The notes beneath the pieces are model-generated. The model was not told where the DNA came from. It searched no databases and saw only the letters and a list, made by a program, of their open reading frames with translations. A stretch of 63,930 nt of DNA, filler included, from Octopus bimaculoides (lineage: Eukaryota): the NCBI RefSeq assembly GCF_001194135.2. It is 8 parts of 8 records of this genome, joined end to end, with 100 filler letters (N's around TTAATTAATTAA, not from the genome) between each part and the next. Parts side by side here need not be neighbours in the genome. Positions count along the whole stretch, not along the records: positions 36,993 to 59,794 come from NC_068983.1; positions 59,895 to 61,765 come from NW_026313205.1; positions 61,866 to 63,930 come from NW_026300401.1; 5 more parts are not named here. One strand, 5' to 3'. Shown piece after piece: positions 51,151 through 63,360 of the stretch (within the stretch, counting starts at the first letter, position 1; each line of letters opens with the position of its first letter). The translations under genes and the position numbers were made by a program.

Positions 51151-53399
51151 TTATATAAGTATATAATTAATGACAGAGTAGCTGCATGTTATTCGGAAAA
51201 CGATATTGATTGAAAGTAAGAAGAATGACTGACGCATACATTACACACTAAACCCTCCCTTCGTCCTTATCCACAAAAGAAAATGAAAGTAATTGAAATC
51301 AAATACTATGGCATTACCACGAAGCATTATACTCTTAATTTTACACCTTGCCACATTTTAAAATGTATCTCACTGCGGTAATAAACACGTGATAACGGAA
51401 ACAATTGTAAAAATCCCTTCTCTTTAAAATGAATCTTGTCTGCTTGCAATAATGCTATTCTTTTGCTGTTATCTCTAACAGCTTAAATTTAATCACTATT
51501 GTCAAAAGTAAACTTTTACTATGAATTACTTGTGAGTTGTTCGAAGTTGGAGTCGAACATTTCGTGAATTGTAATAGTTCTGCTGTGTTAACTTCTGAAT
51601 ATAAAGTCAGAAGCGTTCATTAAAGAATGTAAGTTTTCAGCATTCTCATTACCGCCTAATGGTATACACGAATACTTTCATTGGGCATAGAGAAGATAGA
51701 TTTACTGGTTCTTTATCAGCTAGTACAAAGAGATATCGATTATCATAAATAAGACCTAAATATTAATCATATTACAACCGACTAAACTAAATATAACCAA
51801 AGATCAAGAAAATAATTCGTATAATGCCGCAAAACTAATAATTCAAGATGTATGAATTCTCGTATTTGAAAAAGATTTTTCAATATGTTTCATCGAATGG
51901 CTGTTGAAAAGAACTCAAAGAACAATGAATTATCTGAAAATTCGGCAAATCATTTCAAACCTGTGACAAGTGTGCATATAAAACAGCAGTAGTAAACAGA
52001 ACTTTTATAGTAAATGTGACATTAAATTTCTATGGCTTGTATTAAAATAGGGATTCACTAAATAACTGCATTTCCTTCTCTGCAGTTCTTTTTTCAAAGG
52101 AAGATTAAAGTTCTGTAAAGGAGGAATTCAAGTTATATTTATTATCTCATCATCTCTTGGTTTGTTCCAATGATATTAAGAGTTCTTCACTTAGTTGTAT
52201 CATTCACTATCTTATGAAAGGCTTGCGAATTGGCTCCATCTTAATAGTTAAGGAGTCAGTAAAGATCACCTATAGAAAATGCCAGTGTATACGACAGTAA
52301 TCAAGATTTGTAAATTCTTTCAAAATATCTTCATTTTATGCAGCCAAAAATGTACGTTGGTATCAAAATATACGTAAAACGATGAACAAAAAAGTAGAAA
52401 TAACTGAAAGACAAGATTTAATCTTTGAATGTTTCAACTTGGTGCTTGTCTAATAATAGTGAGAGATAACTGACAGGAAAGGAAAGCGAAAGCAAGACGA
52501 CAGACAAAAAAACATGAATAAAACAAAGGGAAACAAGAGTGTTGTAGATTGTGTAATAAATTATAATAATATTTTAATACTTGAACTTTAAGAGAAAGAC
52601 ATACAATTTGTAAAAGATTTGGAAACTTAGAAAGAGGTCAATGTGAGCAACAGAAACTTATAATTAAAACTGTTCAATCCGTGACAACTAGCAGCTCTGT
52701 TTAAGAGATGTATGCATATATTATCCGATGTGCAAGTTTCAGATTTAATAGGAAGTTTCATCTGAGAGATCTTTTACTATTCTATCGGGGCAATATAAGT
52801 ACAACTTCCTTTATAATGATGTGATGTATTATTGTGTCTGAACCACACTGTTCCCCGTGCCTACACGTGTGTGTGTTTGTATATGTGTGAGCGCGTTTTA
52901 TCATTGCAATAAATAACGCAGTAAAATTAGTATGAAACAATAGCGAGATACATGTACATAATACAAAGAAATAATGAGTTATAGTTGAATGAATATATTA
53001 ATACTAATTTATAAATGACGCTGTCGGTAATGTAACAAACATTTGTGTGGTCAGATGGCCAATGTAATGAATAAGTAAAGAGATTTGGGCAGAGAATGCA
53101 CAAGATATACATTTAGAACGAATTGCATTCTGAAATAAAGAATTGAAAATGTAGTTTTATAATTGATGCACCCACAAATATAGAGGAGAGTCAAAAGCTT
53201 TACATTATTTCAAATACGTACTAGTTTGTAACGTGTATATCATCTTATCGATGCCGTTAAATTTGCGGGACGTATACGCTGAGGTTGGTAGTATCGTGAT
53301 ACTTCGTGCGCTTACATGTTGAGCATTGTTTCACATTGTTTGTGATGTGAATGCCGCACTGATTAATGTGCAGCGTACTCTAATTCGGCAACTTATGAC

Positions 53400-53600
53400 T
53401 TAGGTGTTCGTACTTGACCATAATGCTGCGGATGCATCCAAAAGCATTTGTTTTTCGAAATGTAAAGACGAGATTTCTAGCAGTAAAGTAACCAACTGGT
53501 TCAAGAAATTTCGCCCAGGTTGCAAGAACGTTGACGACCTGAAAAGATCGTATGGGCCTAATACTGTGGATTTTGTTGCCGCACCCAAACTATAGTGAAA
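53400..53600 (+). mobile_element. Mariner transposase N-terminal HTH remnant
   Basis: FVLDHNAADASKSIC..KVTNWFKKFRPGCKNVDDLKRSYGP matches F.LG.NA.EA...I..V..WF.KFR.G...L.D..RSGRP. Confidence 0.65.
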
Positions 53601-55139
53601 ATCCGGTGCATTGATGTTGGAGTGAACTCGGCATTTCATGGATATGAATCACTGTGCGGCAAGAATTAACTGACATTGCTTAACATTGCTTCTGCAGCAA
53701 AGCAACATAAGACCTCATACCACCCAAATGACCCAGAAGAAATTCCATGGTCTTCAAAGTGATTCCACACACAATATGTAGTCCGAACCTAGGTAACTCG
53801 GAATAATTTTCATTGGGATCCATAGATTACTCCGGGCGCATGCGACGATTCATCAACCAAGAGGAAGTAGAACCTTTAGTGAAAGAACAAGAACTGATAT
53901 CACTCACTCGCTCTCTCTCATACACACGTCCATGCAAAAAAATGTATGCATGTATGTGTATATGAAAAATATATGTGTGAGAGAGATGTAGAACATACAT
54001 ATTTCACTTTCACATCACTTTCTCTTTCTGCTCTCAAATCAAAATAAATGTCGCCTTCCAAAGAGAGTAATGGAATTTTTAAAAATTACGGAAATTCACG
54101 AACAATGATAAGATTCCATATGATTGAGTTTGAGAACTATGCGGTTTGTAACGAAAGAATAACCCCGCCATAAAGGTCTAATGGTCAAACATGTACATAT
54201 TAGACATAGGAATGGGTTACAAGCGATTTCATGCACCCTACACGAGACAGGCTAACTTAATTTCTGTTACAAGAGAGAGGGTGGAATTATCTTTCTTTCT
54301 CAATATTTAATTACAAGAGAGAATATGTTGTTAAGAAAAACGTTTAAACTTTACTAACTCGATCGATCTGTCGTTGAACCAAAGTTTTTAATTTCATTTG
54401 ATATATACTTTGTTATCATTTATATCATTTATATGGATAATTGCGACAGCAACACAAACTACCCTGTGTTGAAATGGTACCAACTGTCAATGACCTCAAA
54501 TATATATATATATATATATGAACTATTACTTTTGTTATGTGAGATCTAGTTTGCTCCCATAGACAACATCATGAAGACAAATACCTCGATCCTTAATTTA
54601 CATTTTTGCAAATATCTAATAGTTTATATATTGTAGAATATAAATTATCAAATTTGGCCGGGAAATATTTAAAACTTCATAGTAAAACACAAAATATTTA
54701 AGAAGATATGGACGCAATATATATTGCCTTTTCCATCAATTACGAGAGGATCGAACAAACTTCTTGTCGTACACAAAATTGCATAATGTGAATCAGGTTA
54801 CAAAGTTCAGGGCTTCTTAATTACCAAAATACATCATGGCATACAAAACACAAGCAGATTGTGGTATGTAAATTATGCTTATTTATATCTTCTGACATCT
54901 ATATATCGTTCAAGCACGTAATACCGCAATATCTTTCGTATTTAATATAAATGTTCTCATTAACAGCCACAGTTATACAATTTTAATGTGTTCTATCATG
55001 CAATGGTTCGGCTAAAAAAAAGGACCGCACAAAATTCTATTATATTTTCAATAATATTTTACATGTCAGTCATTAACGACTATATATGGAAAATAATGGA
55101 AGTATCATATACCTGAGAACCCCCGGTGCATGGCTCTCT

Positions 55140-55350
55140 GACTTTGACATCAGGTAAAAAATCATGAGGTAGTGAGTTCGATTACCGGACCGGGCTGTGT
55201 GTAGTGTTCTACAAGATATTCTATTTCACGTTGCTTCAGCTCAATCAGCTGTAGAAATTAGTGTCATGGTCACGTGTTCAAACTGTATCAACCTTTGCCT
55301 TTCCTTTGGATAACATTATTAAAGTGGATAGACGAGGCTGGTATGCATGT
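55140..55350 (+). mobile_element. SINE family D (degenerate)
   Basis: GTGAGTTCGATT B-box; ATTTCACGTTGCT..CAGCTGTAGAAAT; CCTTTGGATAACA..GAGGCTGGTATGC. Confidence 0.6.
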
Positions 55351-55624
55351 GTGAGTGCTTTTATTTTCATTAAACAATCTTGGCCGGGCTTGTAGACATG
55401 GCCGAAGTAGAACTTTACGTCAGCTTTTTTTGTTACTGCCTAGATTTGTATCATGCATAGATTTATGCTCCCACCTACAAGCCAATTGTCCTTGCGCTTT
55501 TTTTTATTGTCATTAATTTTACTTTATTTGAAATAACAGTTGACACGTTTCCCTCAGGTGGTTGAACAGAATTATCGTTCCTGAAATCAGTTTCACATTT
55601 CTTACCTTTCTACAAGAAGAAAAG

Positions 55625-55790
55625 GACACTATTGATGGCATACCAGCCTCGTCTCTCTACGTTACCTATGTTATCTAAAGGAAAAGCTAAGGCTGATACC
55701 GTTTGTACTAGTGACCTTGACAATCATTTCTACAGCTGATTGAACTAGAGCAACGTGAAATATAGTCCAGTAACACAATATATGTATCAC
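55625..55790 (-). mobile_element. SINE family D (degenerate), inverted relative to the 55140 copy
   Basis: GCATACCAGCCTC..TGTTATCTAAAGG..ATTTCTACAGCTG..AGCAACGTGAAAT. Confidence 0.6.
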
Positions 55791-55847
55791 GTACTCGCGT
55801 TGTTGTTTTTTGGTGTTTTTCTTGTCGTTTTTCTTGTTTGAACTAAC

Positions 55848-55896
<49 letters not shown>

Positions 55897-56714
55897 NNNN
55901 NNNNNNNNNNNNNNNNNNNNNNNNNNNNNNNNNNNNNNNNNNNNNNNNNNNNNNNNNNNNNNNNNNNNNNNNNNNNNNNNNNNNNNNNNNNNNNNNNNNN
56001 NNNNNNNNNNNNNNNNNNNNNNNNNNNNNNNNNNNNNNNNNNNNNNNNNNNNNNNNNNNNNNNNNNNNNNNNNNNNNNNNNNNNNNNNNNNNNNNNNNNN
56101 NNNNNNNNNNNNNNNNNNNNNNNNNNNNNNNNNNNNNNNNNNNNNNNNNNNNNNNNNNNNNNNNNNNNNNNNNNNNNNNNNNNNNNNNNNNNNNNNNNNN
56201 NNNNNNNNNNNNNNNNNNNNNNNNNNNNNNNNNNNNNNNNNNNNNNNNNNNNNNNNNNNNNNNNNNNNNNNNNNNNNNNNNNNNNNNNNNNNNNNNNNNN
56301 NNNNNNNNNNNNNNNNNNNNNNNNNNNNNNNNNNNNNNNNNNNNNNNNNNNNNNNNNNNNNNNNNNNNNNNNNNNNNNNNNNNNNNNNNNNNNNNNNNNN
56401 NNNNNNNNNNNNNNNNNNNNNNNNNNNNNNNNNNNNNNNNNNNNNNNNNNNNNNNNNNNNNNNNNNNNNNNNNNNNNNNNNNNNNNNNNNNNNNNNNNNN
56501 NNNNNNNNNNNNNNNNNNNNNNNNNNNNNNNNNNNNNNNNNNNNNNNNNNNNNNNNNNNNNNNNNNNNNNNNNNNNNNNNNNNNNNNNNNNNNNNNNNNN
56601 NNNNNNNNNNNNNNNNNNNNNNNNNNNNNNNNNATATATATGTATGCATGTATATATATATGTATACGTATATATATATGTATATGTAGGTATGTATAAA
56701 TATATGTATGTATA

Positions 56715-56753
<39 letters not shown>

Positions 56754-57099
56754 CTATGTATATATGTATGTTTATATAAACAGAGGCATGTAAATATATA
56801 CATATAATTGGAAAGCTACTGCATTCATAGATCTTGTAATTGCTGTACTACCTCAACATTTCTCCTGTAATTTCAAACTTTCTGGAGCATAATGTATGAT
56901 TGTGGAATACGAATCTCCAATTATCCCATTTAAATGGAAAACTAATATTCCAAAACTATTCCCTTCAATAGTGCTATTTCCCTATTGAAGAATAGTTAGA
57001 AATGTAAAATTGATTTCAGGAATGATTCTGCTGTTCAACCGCCGGAGGGAAATGTGTCAACTGTTATTGCAAATAAATTAATATTAATCACAATAAAAT

Positions 57100-58035
57100 A
57101 ATGCGCATGAACAGTTGGCTATTAGACGGGAGCATAAATCTCTGCATGATAAAAATGTAGGCCGTAAGAAAAAAGCTGATGTGAACCAGAACAACACCCG
57201 TCAGTATGTACGAAGCTCAGGGTTAGAAGCAGAGAGTGAATACTTCACCTCGGCTACTGATGATCAAAGCAAATTAAACCGGAACTACGAAACCAATTTG
57301 ATGAAAATAGAAGTAGATTCAAAGTGCTGATTTTGCAATGATGAAATCGAAAGAGTGGATCACTTACCTCTGGACGAAAAATGGAATATAATCCAAGACA
57401 TGAGAGACATGATTAATATTTAAACTGGTTAATATGTGGGCATCATAAAATCAAAATCCCTGAAAAGTTGTATATGCATCACCCTGAGGCCGTAAATGTG
57501 AGGGAAAATGTAACGTTTTCTTAGGACTTCCCACGAAAGCTATCAAAGATAACGAACCAGATATTGTTATAGAATACAAAAATAATTAAATTTGCTTATT
57601 AATTAAAATGAGTATCGCTTGTGATCATAATACCGCAGCAAAGGAACTTGCCGAGCATAGTAAATCTACAGACCTACTCTTTGAAATCTCGAAAATTTGG
57701 CGTCGCAATGCAAACATAATACCAGTGGTTGTAGGGGCAATAGGAATGGTAAAAAAAAAAACACGAATTAAAAACTATTGAAGAATGATCCTGGCAAGAA
57801 GTGCAAAATATTATTTTACTGGTACAACAAACATCCAAAAGGGCATTGTCTAGGTGAGAAATATATCCTTCCATGTAAATATGTTTTGATGAAACCTTAT
57901 CTAAATTTATAAATGCATTTGGTGTGCTTATTTTAATAACTTTTGAATGTATATAACGATTTTCTATACCCTAAGTGTAGGTAACACATTCAGCAATGGA
58001 AACAAAGTTGGAAGAAGAAAAGTTACTACAAATAA
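57100..58035 (+). mobile_element. Degenerate R4/Dong-type LINE 3' third (zinc knuckle, RLE domain, 3' UTR)
   Basis: SLHDK; YVRSSGLEAESEYFTSATDDQS..RNY; KC*FCNDEIERVDHL; NEPDIVI; ISKIWRRNANIIPVVVGAIGMVKK. The UTR shares TACCCTA..TAACAC with the 58.4-kb copy. Confidence 0.75.
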
Positions 58036-58129
58036 TAAAGTAAATTGATACCTCTCTGTGATGTATGACTATGGGATTCCATGTAGAAAGTTACCTTCCA
58101 AGCCACAAGTCCGGCCACTGTTGTGTATG

Positions 58130-58372
58130 GAATACCAGCAGTCCCCTATGCATTCCAGAATTCCCTCTACACGCCACCGCTGTTACCCAAGGGGAAGACA
58201 AAGGCCGATAATATTTGGCACCATGACGTCACAACTCATTTCTACAGCGGAATGTCCTGGAGCAAGGAGAAATGAGGTGTCTTCCTCAAGAACACAGCAC
58301 ACAACTCGGTCCGGAAATCGAACTCACAACCTCATGATTGTGAGCTGTACTCTCTCACCACTGAGCCATATG
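58130..58372 (-). mobile_element. SINE family D
   Basis: AAATGAGGTGTCTTCCTCAAGAACAC..GGAAATCGAACTCACAACC..ACCACTGAGCCA. Confidence 0.7.
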
Positions 58373-58414
58373 AATTGTTTAATAATAATTATAGTAATAA
58401 TAATAATGATAATA

Positions 58415-58698
58415 GCTCAGATACCAGGAAACCCCAAAATGGCTGAAGTTCAAAAGATAGTGCTCATGGGAACTGCCCATATCCCACGTAAAATACTGTC
58501 TATGTGATCTCAAATTTTAAAGCAAACACAATTTTCTTATGGTTTCTTAAACATTCACTTGAACAAAACTGTACAAATCCAAATATATGGTACCCTAGGC
58601 ATAACACCTACATGAACTTCTAACTTGTTGTCTCTTGAGGTCTCTGGGTGAGACTTGGATCCAACTTGTACAAATGCAAAACAATAGTCAAACATAAA
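58415..58698 (+). mobile_element. Severely 5'-truncated R4/Dong-type insertion between TAA arrays
   Basis: QIPGNPKMAEVQKIVLMGTAHIPRKILSM*, then about 190 bp of 3' UTR and a (TAA)n tail. Confidence 0.85.
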
Positions 58699-58707
58699 AT
58701 AATAATG

Positions 58708-58769
<62 letters not shown>

Positions 58770-58841
58770 CTCTCACCACTGAGCCATATGCATTGTTTAA
58801 TAATAATTATAGTAATAATAATAATGATAATAATAATAATG

Positions 58842-58938
<97 letters not shown>
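58699..58938. repeat. Two (TAA)n arrays separated by a duplicated flank
   Basis: TAA runs at about 58699-58766 and 58800-58938. Confidence 0.95.
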
Positions 58939-59029
58939 GGACTACACCGGGGAAGTTTAACGGACTACACCGGGGAAGTTTAACGGACTACAGCGGGGAA
59001 GTTTAACGACTACACCGGGGAAGTTTAAC
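58939..59029 (+). repeat. 4 x 23-bp direct tandem repeat GGACTACACCGGGGAAGTTTAAC
   Basis: Units at 58939, 58962, 58985 (one C>G) and 59008 (lacks one G); no spacers. Confidence 0.95.
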
Positions 59030-59794
59030 ATGTGAGAACGATAAATCACTGCTCCGAAACTTATCCAAAAACATCGGAAATAAAGACATCGCATTGAACC
59101 AAAAAATAGCTGACAAAGGGGTGGACTATATCCGAGTAAGTAATACTCATTGAAATTTATTTCTGTCTTTCTAAATATAATGATGTATTTTAACTTGATA
59201 CATCCACTACCCGCACAGCGATCGTAAACACACGTGTTACATCAAAATCAAACCATCTTCGAACCCCAAAGCACCATGTAGAAAAAAATTACAAACATAT
59301 TAAATAACACCGGTATTATTACACCCAAGAATAACAACCGAGAAGTGCGTACTGTAAGCTTGTTACGAAAAAAATACGAAGATCTGAACATGCAAAACAA
59401 TCTAACAACAGAAATAAACGAACCGCTACCCTACGAAAACGATGACCGTCAAAATAAAGGACCGGACGTTGTTCCTCATGTCCCGCAAACAAAACCAAAA
59501 CGGCATAAATGGACACGTGAGGAATACATTTCGATACTATACGCCTATTTCACAGCAGTGCTCTAACCAAAAAACGAAAACGCAGCAACACATACATATA
59601 AAATATGGAAGAAAAATAATGTAAATATAGACCTCGATAAAACAATGAACCCTAACAAACTAGCTAACATAAGAAGATATATTCTAAAAGCAAAAAAAAA
59701 TTCAGAAATAGAAATAGAACAATTGAAAGGAAAAATACATCAGGAAAATCTAAATAGTAGTCACACAGCAATGCCAAATAATAATATAAACACT
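58939..59794 (+). mobile_element. Putative 5' end (UTR and ORF N-terminus) of an R4/Dong-type LINE
   Basis: KRHKWTREEYISILYAYFTAVL*PK..YKIWKKNN..MNPNKLANIRRYILKAKKNSEIEIEQLK resembles the R4/Dong N-terminal KWT..EN...YY..W..NP..LA..RR.I region. One in-frame stop; cut by an artificial spacer. Confidence 0.7.
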
Positions 59795-59894
59795 NNNNNN
59801 NNNNNNNNNNNNNNNNNNNNNNNNNNNNNNNNNNNNNNTTAATTAATTAANNNNNNNNNNNNNNNNNNNNNNNNNNNNNNNNNNNNNNNNNNNN
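59795..59894. other. Artificial 100-nt scaffold spacer
   Basis: 44N-TTAATTAATTAA-44N. Confidence 0.95.
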
Positions 59895-60109
59895 TCATGA
59901 CAAGGTAGTCCAGTTCTTATATCCAAAGTATATCACAGACTGTGTTAGGACTGTGCTGTATACCATGTAGTGTGTAACTACATGACAGTTATGACATATG
60001 GTGTCTATCTGTGCTCAGTGGAGTGTGGGAATTATGACAAACAGTGAATATTTAATCCTTTGAGGTGGAGTGTGGTAATTATAAGATGATCATCAACATC
60101 ATTTATCTT

Positions 60110-60370
60110 TGGACATGATCTGACTTGAGTTCTAGGGCTCATAGAGCCAATTACCCTATTTCCATGGTGCATAAGTGACTGAGATCTCAAAAATACCCCT
60201 GAATAGAACACAAGTCCATTGTAGGGTTATTCATTTACAGCTGAGTGGATTGGAGTAACATGAAATGAAGTGTTTTGCTCAAGAAGACAATGTACCATCC
60301 AGTTTGGAAATTGAAACCATGATCTTACAATTGTGAGTGTAACACCCTAACCACTAGGCCATACACCTTC
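60110..60370 (-). mobile_element. SINE family D-type head with a different tail
   Basis: ATGAAATGAAGTGTTTTGCTCAAG..AATTGAAACC..CCTAACCACTAGGCCA. Confidence 0.6.
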
Positions 60371-60484
60371 ATATTATGATATGTAGTGATTATTTAACCA
60401 TGTAGTGTAGGTTGTGGAAGTTATAACATGTAAACACTATTTAGCCATATGGCTGAATGTCATAACTATCTTTGCAATCCAAAC

Positions 60485-60680
60485 CACATCATTATCATCC
60501 AACATCCATTTTCCATGCTGGATGGTTTGACCAGAGTTAATAAGACCAGGGGGAACACCAGGCTCCATTGTGTGTTCTGGCATAGTTTCGATGGCTGGAA
60601 TGCCCTTTCTAAAACACCAACCATTCCACAAAGTTTATTGGATGCTTTTATATGTGGCACCAGCACAAGTGCTTTTTATA
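60485..60680 (-). mobile_element. RTE 3' UTR remnant
   Basis: GGCATAGTTTC..GGCTGGAATGCCCTTTCTAA..CCAACCA is the reverse complement of the UTR box in the 20.6 and 21.0 kb RTE copies. Confidence 0.55.
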
Positions 60681-61765
60681 TGACACCAGCACCAGAATAG
60701 TAAAACTATAATGTAGTGGTTGTAACTACCACCACAAAATAAACTCCGTTAGCAATGTCATATCTTATTGTTGATGCATTGTAGTAACAGTATTTTATTA
60801 CTATTACTAAGTGGTAGTATAGTGGTGGTATTATGTATTATGGTGGTTTTAAGATGAGTAATGTGATTCAATATACTTCTGTATTACTGAAGATTGTGAT
60901 GTAATCTAGTGGTGTTATGGCATGCAGTGTTCTGTGCAGTCAGTGTTTTTGTCATGGAGTTAGCATTAAAGTGTTGTGGAGTCAATGTGGTGTTAATATG
61001 TTGTATTGTAAAAGTAGTGATGTGTAGTGTCGGCGTGTCGTATAATGCTTATCTTACATTCTTCATAACTGAAGACTGTAGATGTGGTGATGGTGCTGAC
61101 ATGCTGATGGCATACACCAGAGGGATAATCAAAGTTTGTGTGAGAATGGGTGTGCATGTGAAAGAGAAAGAATGTGTGTGTGCATGTGTGTATGTCTGAT
61201 CAGAAAAGAAAGATATTGTTTGAATGCGAAATTAGCAGACAACTATTCATTCTATTTCTTTGAAAAATTATACTACAGACATCGACCACTGAAGTGATGA
61301 CGGAACACTTACCATTTCTACAGAGTGCTATCAGCATGATAGAACAATACCATTGATTGACTTATTCTTGCAGAGTTACCTGATGATGGGAAATTTAATG
61401 AGAAAACCAGAGTTAACGATATTAAATCATTTGGCAACATCAATACTGTGGAACCAGTGAAATATTGAATGTGTCTGGAACAACAGAAGACAGTATATTT
61501 CTCTATCATTAGAAATAATAACAACGTTTGACTAGACTGAAACTGGAAATAATGATCTCTTACAATAAGAAAAACAGGTCTGACATGAAAACCAGAATTC
61601 AGCCAACGCTCATATTGCTGGTTGATGATTCCTCTCTAAGAAGTAAGAAACATTACAATTAAAGAGGATGAAAGATGAGCAGCAAAGTATTACAAATGTT
61701 GGACATGAAACCAAACACCGTGACTAAAATTGGGATCCTGGCTACAATGATAGAAAAAACAAACA

Positions 61766-61865
61766 NNNNNNNNNNNNNNNNNNNNNNNNNNNNNNNNNNN
61801 NNNNNNNNNTTAATTAATTAANNNNNNNNNNNNNNNNNNNNNNNNNNNNNNNNNNNNNNNNNNNN
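61766..61865. other. Artificial 100-nt scaffold spacer
   Basis: 44N-TTAATTAATTAA-44N. Confidence 0.95.
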
Positions 61866-63360
61866 GATGAAATTTTAACCATACGTATTACACACAAATA
61901 AAGTAATATTTCTAATATTCTTCTTCTTAGAAGTTACAAAGACCCCTTTATGGGGACTTCACACCCACAATTTAGTCATTTTTCCTAAGCAAAGACAAAT
62001 ACAGTTGTACTACTGGAAGATATAGGGTCACTTGAACATAACAGATGAGCATTATTTCTAATTCAACGGTACAACAGTGTAAGACTATCCTTTCAGATAG
62101 AGTTACATTGTGATTTCTGCAAAGTGGTGCATAAATTGTCAAGTAAATGAGACGCATCTTTGTCTCCACTGATTCACTTGCAAAGTGTTGAGTAAAATTA
62201 TTTCGTTGCAGACCTCCTTTGAGTCTTTTTATTATCACTGGGTCACATAGTCCCCAGTTGGTAATATTGATTTCAAGGCCTTCCCAGATGAGTGACTGGT
62301 TGTTCTATGACATTTATTGATTGTAAATTTTTTCTGCACAGTTACCTATCGGTATAGTGGTCATTTGCAAACTCCAGAGGCGACACTTTCATTTNNNNNN
62401 NNNNNNNNNNNNNNNNNNNNNNNNNNNNNNNNNNNNNNNNNNNNNNNNNNNNNNNNNNNNNNNNNNNNNNNNNNNNNNNNNNNNNNNNNNNNNNNNNNNN
62501 NNNNNNNNNNNNNNNNNNNNNNNNNNNNNNNNNNNNNNNNNNNNNNNNNNNNNNNNNNNNNNNNNNNNNNNNNNNNNNNNNNNNNNNNNNNNNNNNNNNN
62601 NNNNNNNNNNNNNNNNNNNNNNNNNNNNNNNNNNNNNNNNNNNNNNNNNNNNNNNNNNNNNNNNNNNNNNNNNNNNNNNNNNNNNNNNNNNNNNNNNNNN
62701 NNNNNNNNNNNNNNNNNNNNNNNNNNNNNNNNNNNNNNNNNNNNNNNNNNNNNNNNNNNNNNNNNNNNNNNNNNNNNNNNNNNNNNNNNNNNNNNNNNNN
62801 NNNNNNNNNNNNNNNNNNNNNNNNNNNNNNNNNNNNNNNNNNNNNNNNNNNNNNNNNNNNNNNNNNNNNNNNNNNNNNNNNNNNNNNNNNNNNNNNNNNN
62901 NNNNNNNNNNNNNNNNNNNNNNNNNNNNNNNNNNNNNNNNNNNNNNNNNNNNNNNNNNNNNNNNNNNNNNNNNNNNNNNNNNNNNNNNNNNNNNNNNNNN
63001 NNNNNNNNNNNNNNNNNNNNNNNNNNNNNNNNNNNNNNNNNNNNNNNNNNNNNNNNNNNNNNNNNNNNNNNNNNNNNNNNNNNNNNNNNNNNNNNNNNNN
63101 NNNNNNNNNNNNNNNNNNNNNNNNNNNNNNNNNNNNNNNNNNNNNNNNNNNNNNNNNNNNNNNNNNNNNNNNNNNNNNNNNNNNNNNNNNNNNNNNNNNN
63201 NNNNNNNNNNNNNNNNNNNNNNNNNNNNNNNNNNNNNNNNNNNNNNNNNNNNNNNNNNNNNNNNNNNNNNNNNNNNNNNNNNNNNNNNNNNNNNNNNNNN
63301 NNNNNNNNNNNNNTTTTAACTTCTTGCATAGTTCGAGCTCACAGCAATATCATATCTCCT

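Noticed and set aside
51540-52330. Possible ancient Gypsy pol remnant on the minus strand
   Set aside because: Similarity is too weak and stop-ridden to support by eye.
58939-59029. 23-bp direct repeats as a CRISPR array
   Set aside because: The units are contiguous with no spacers, there are no cas genes, and the context is eukaryotic.
61200-62300. Possible decayed LINE endonuclease fragments on either side of the spacer
   Set aside because: Isolated GDFN-like and YAP-like words only, in opposite orientations and across an artificial join.
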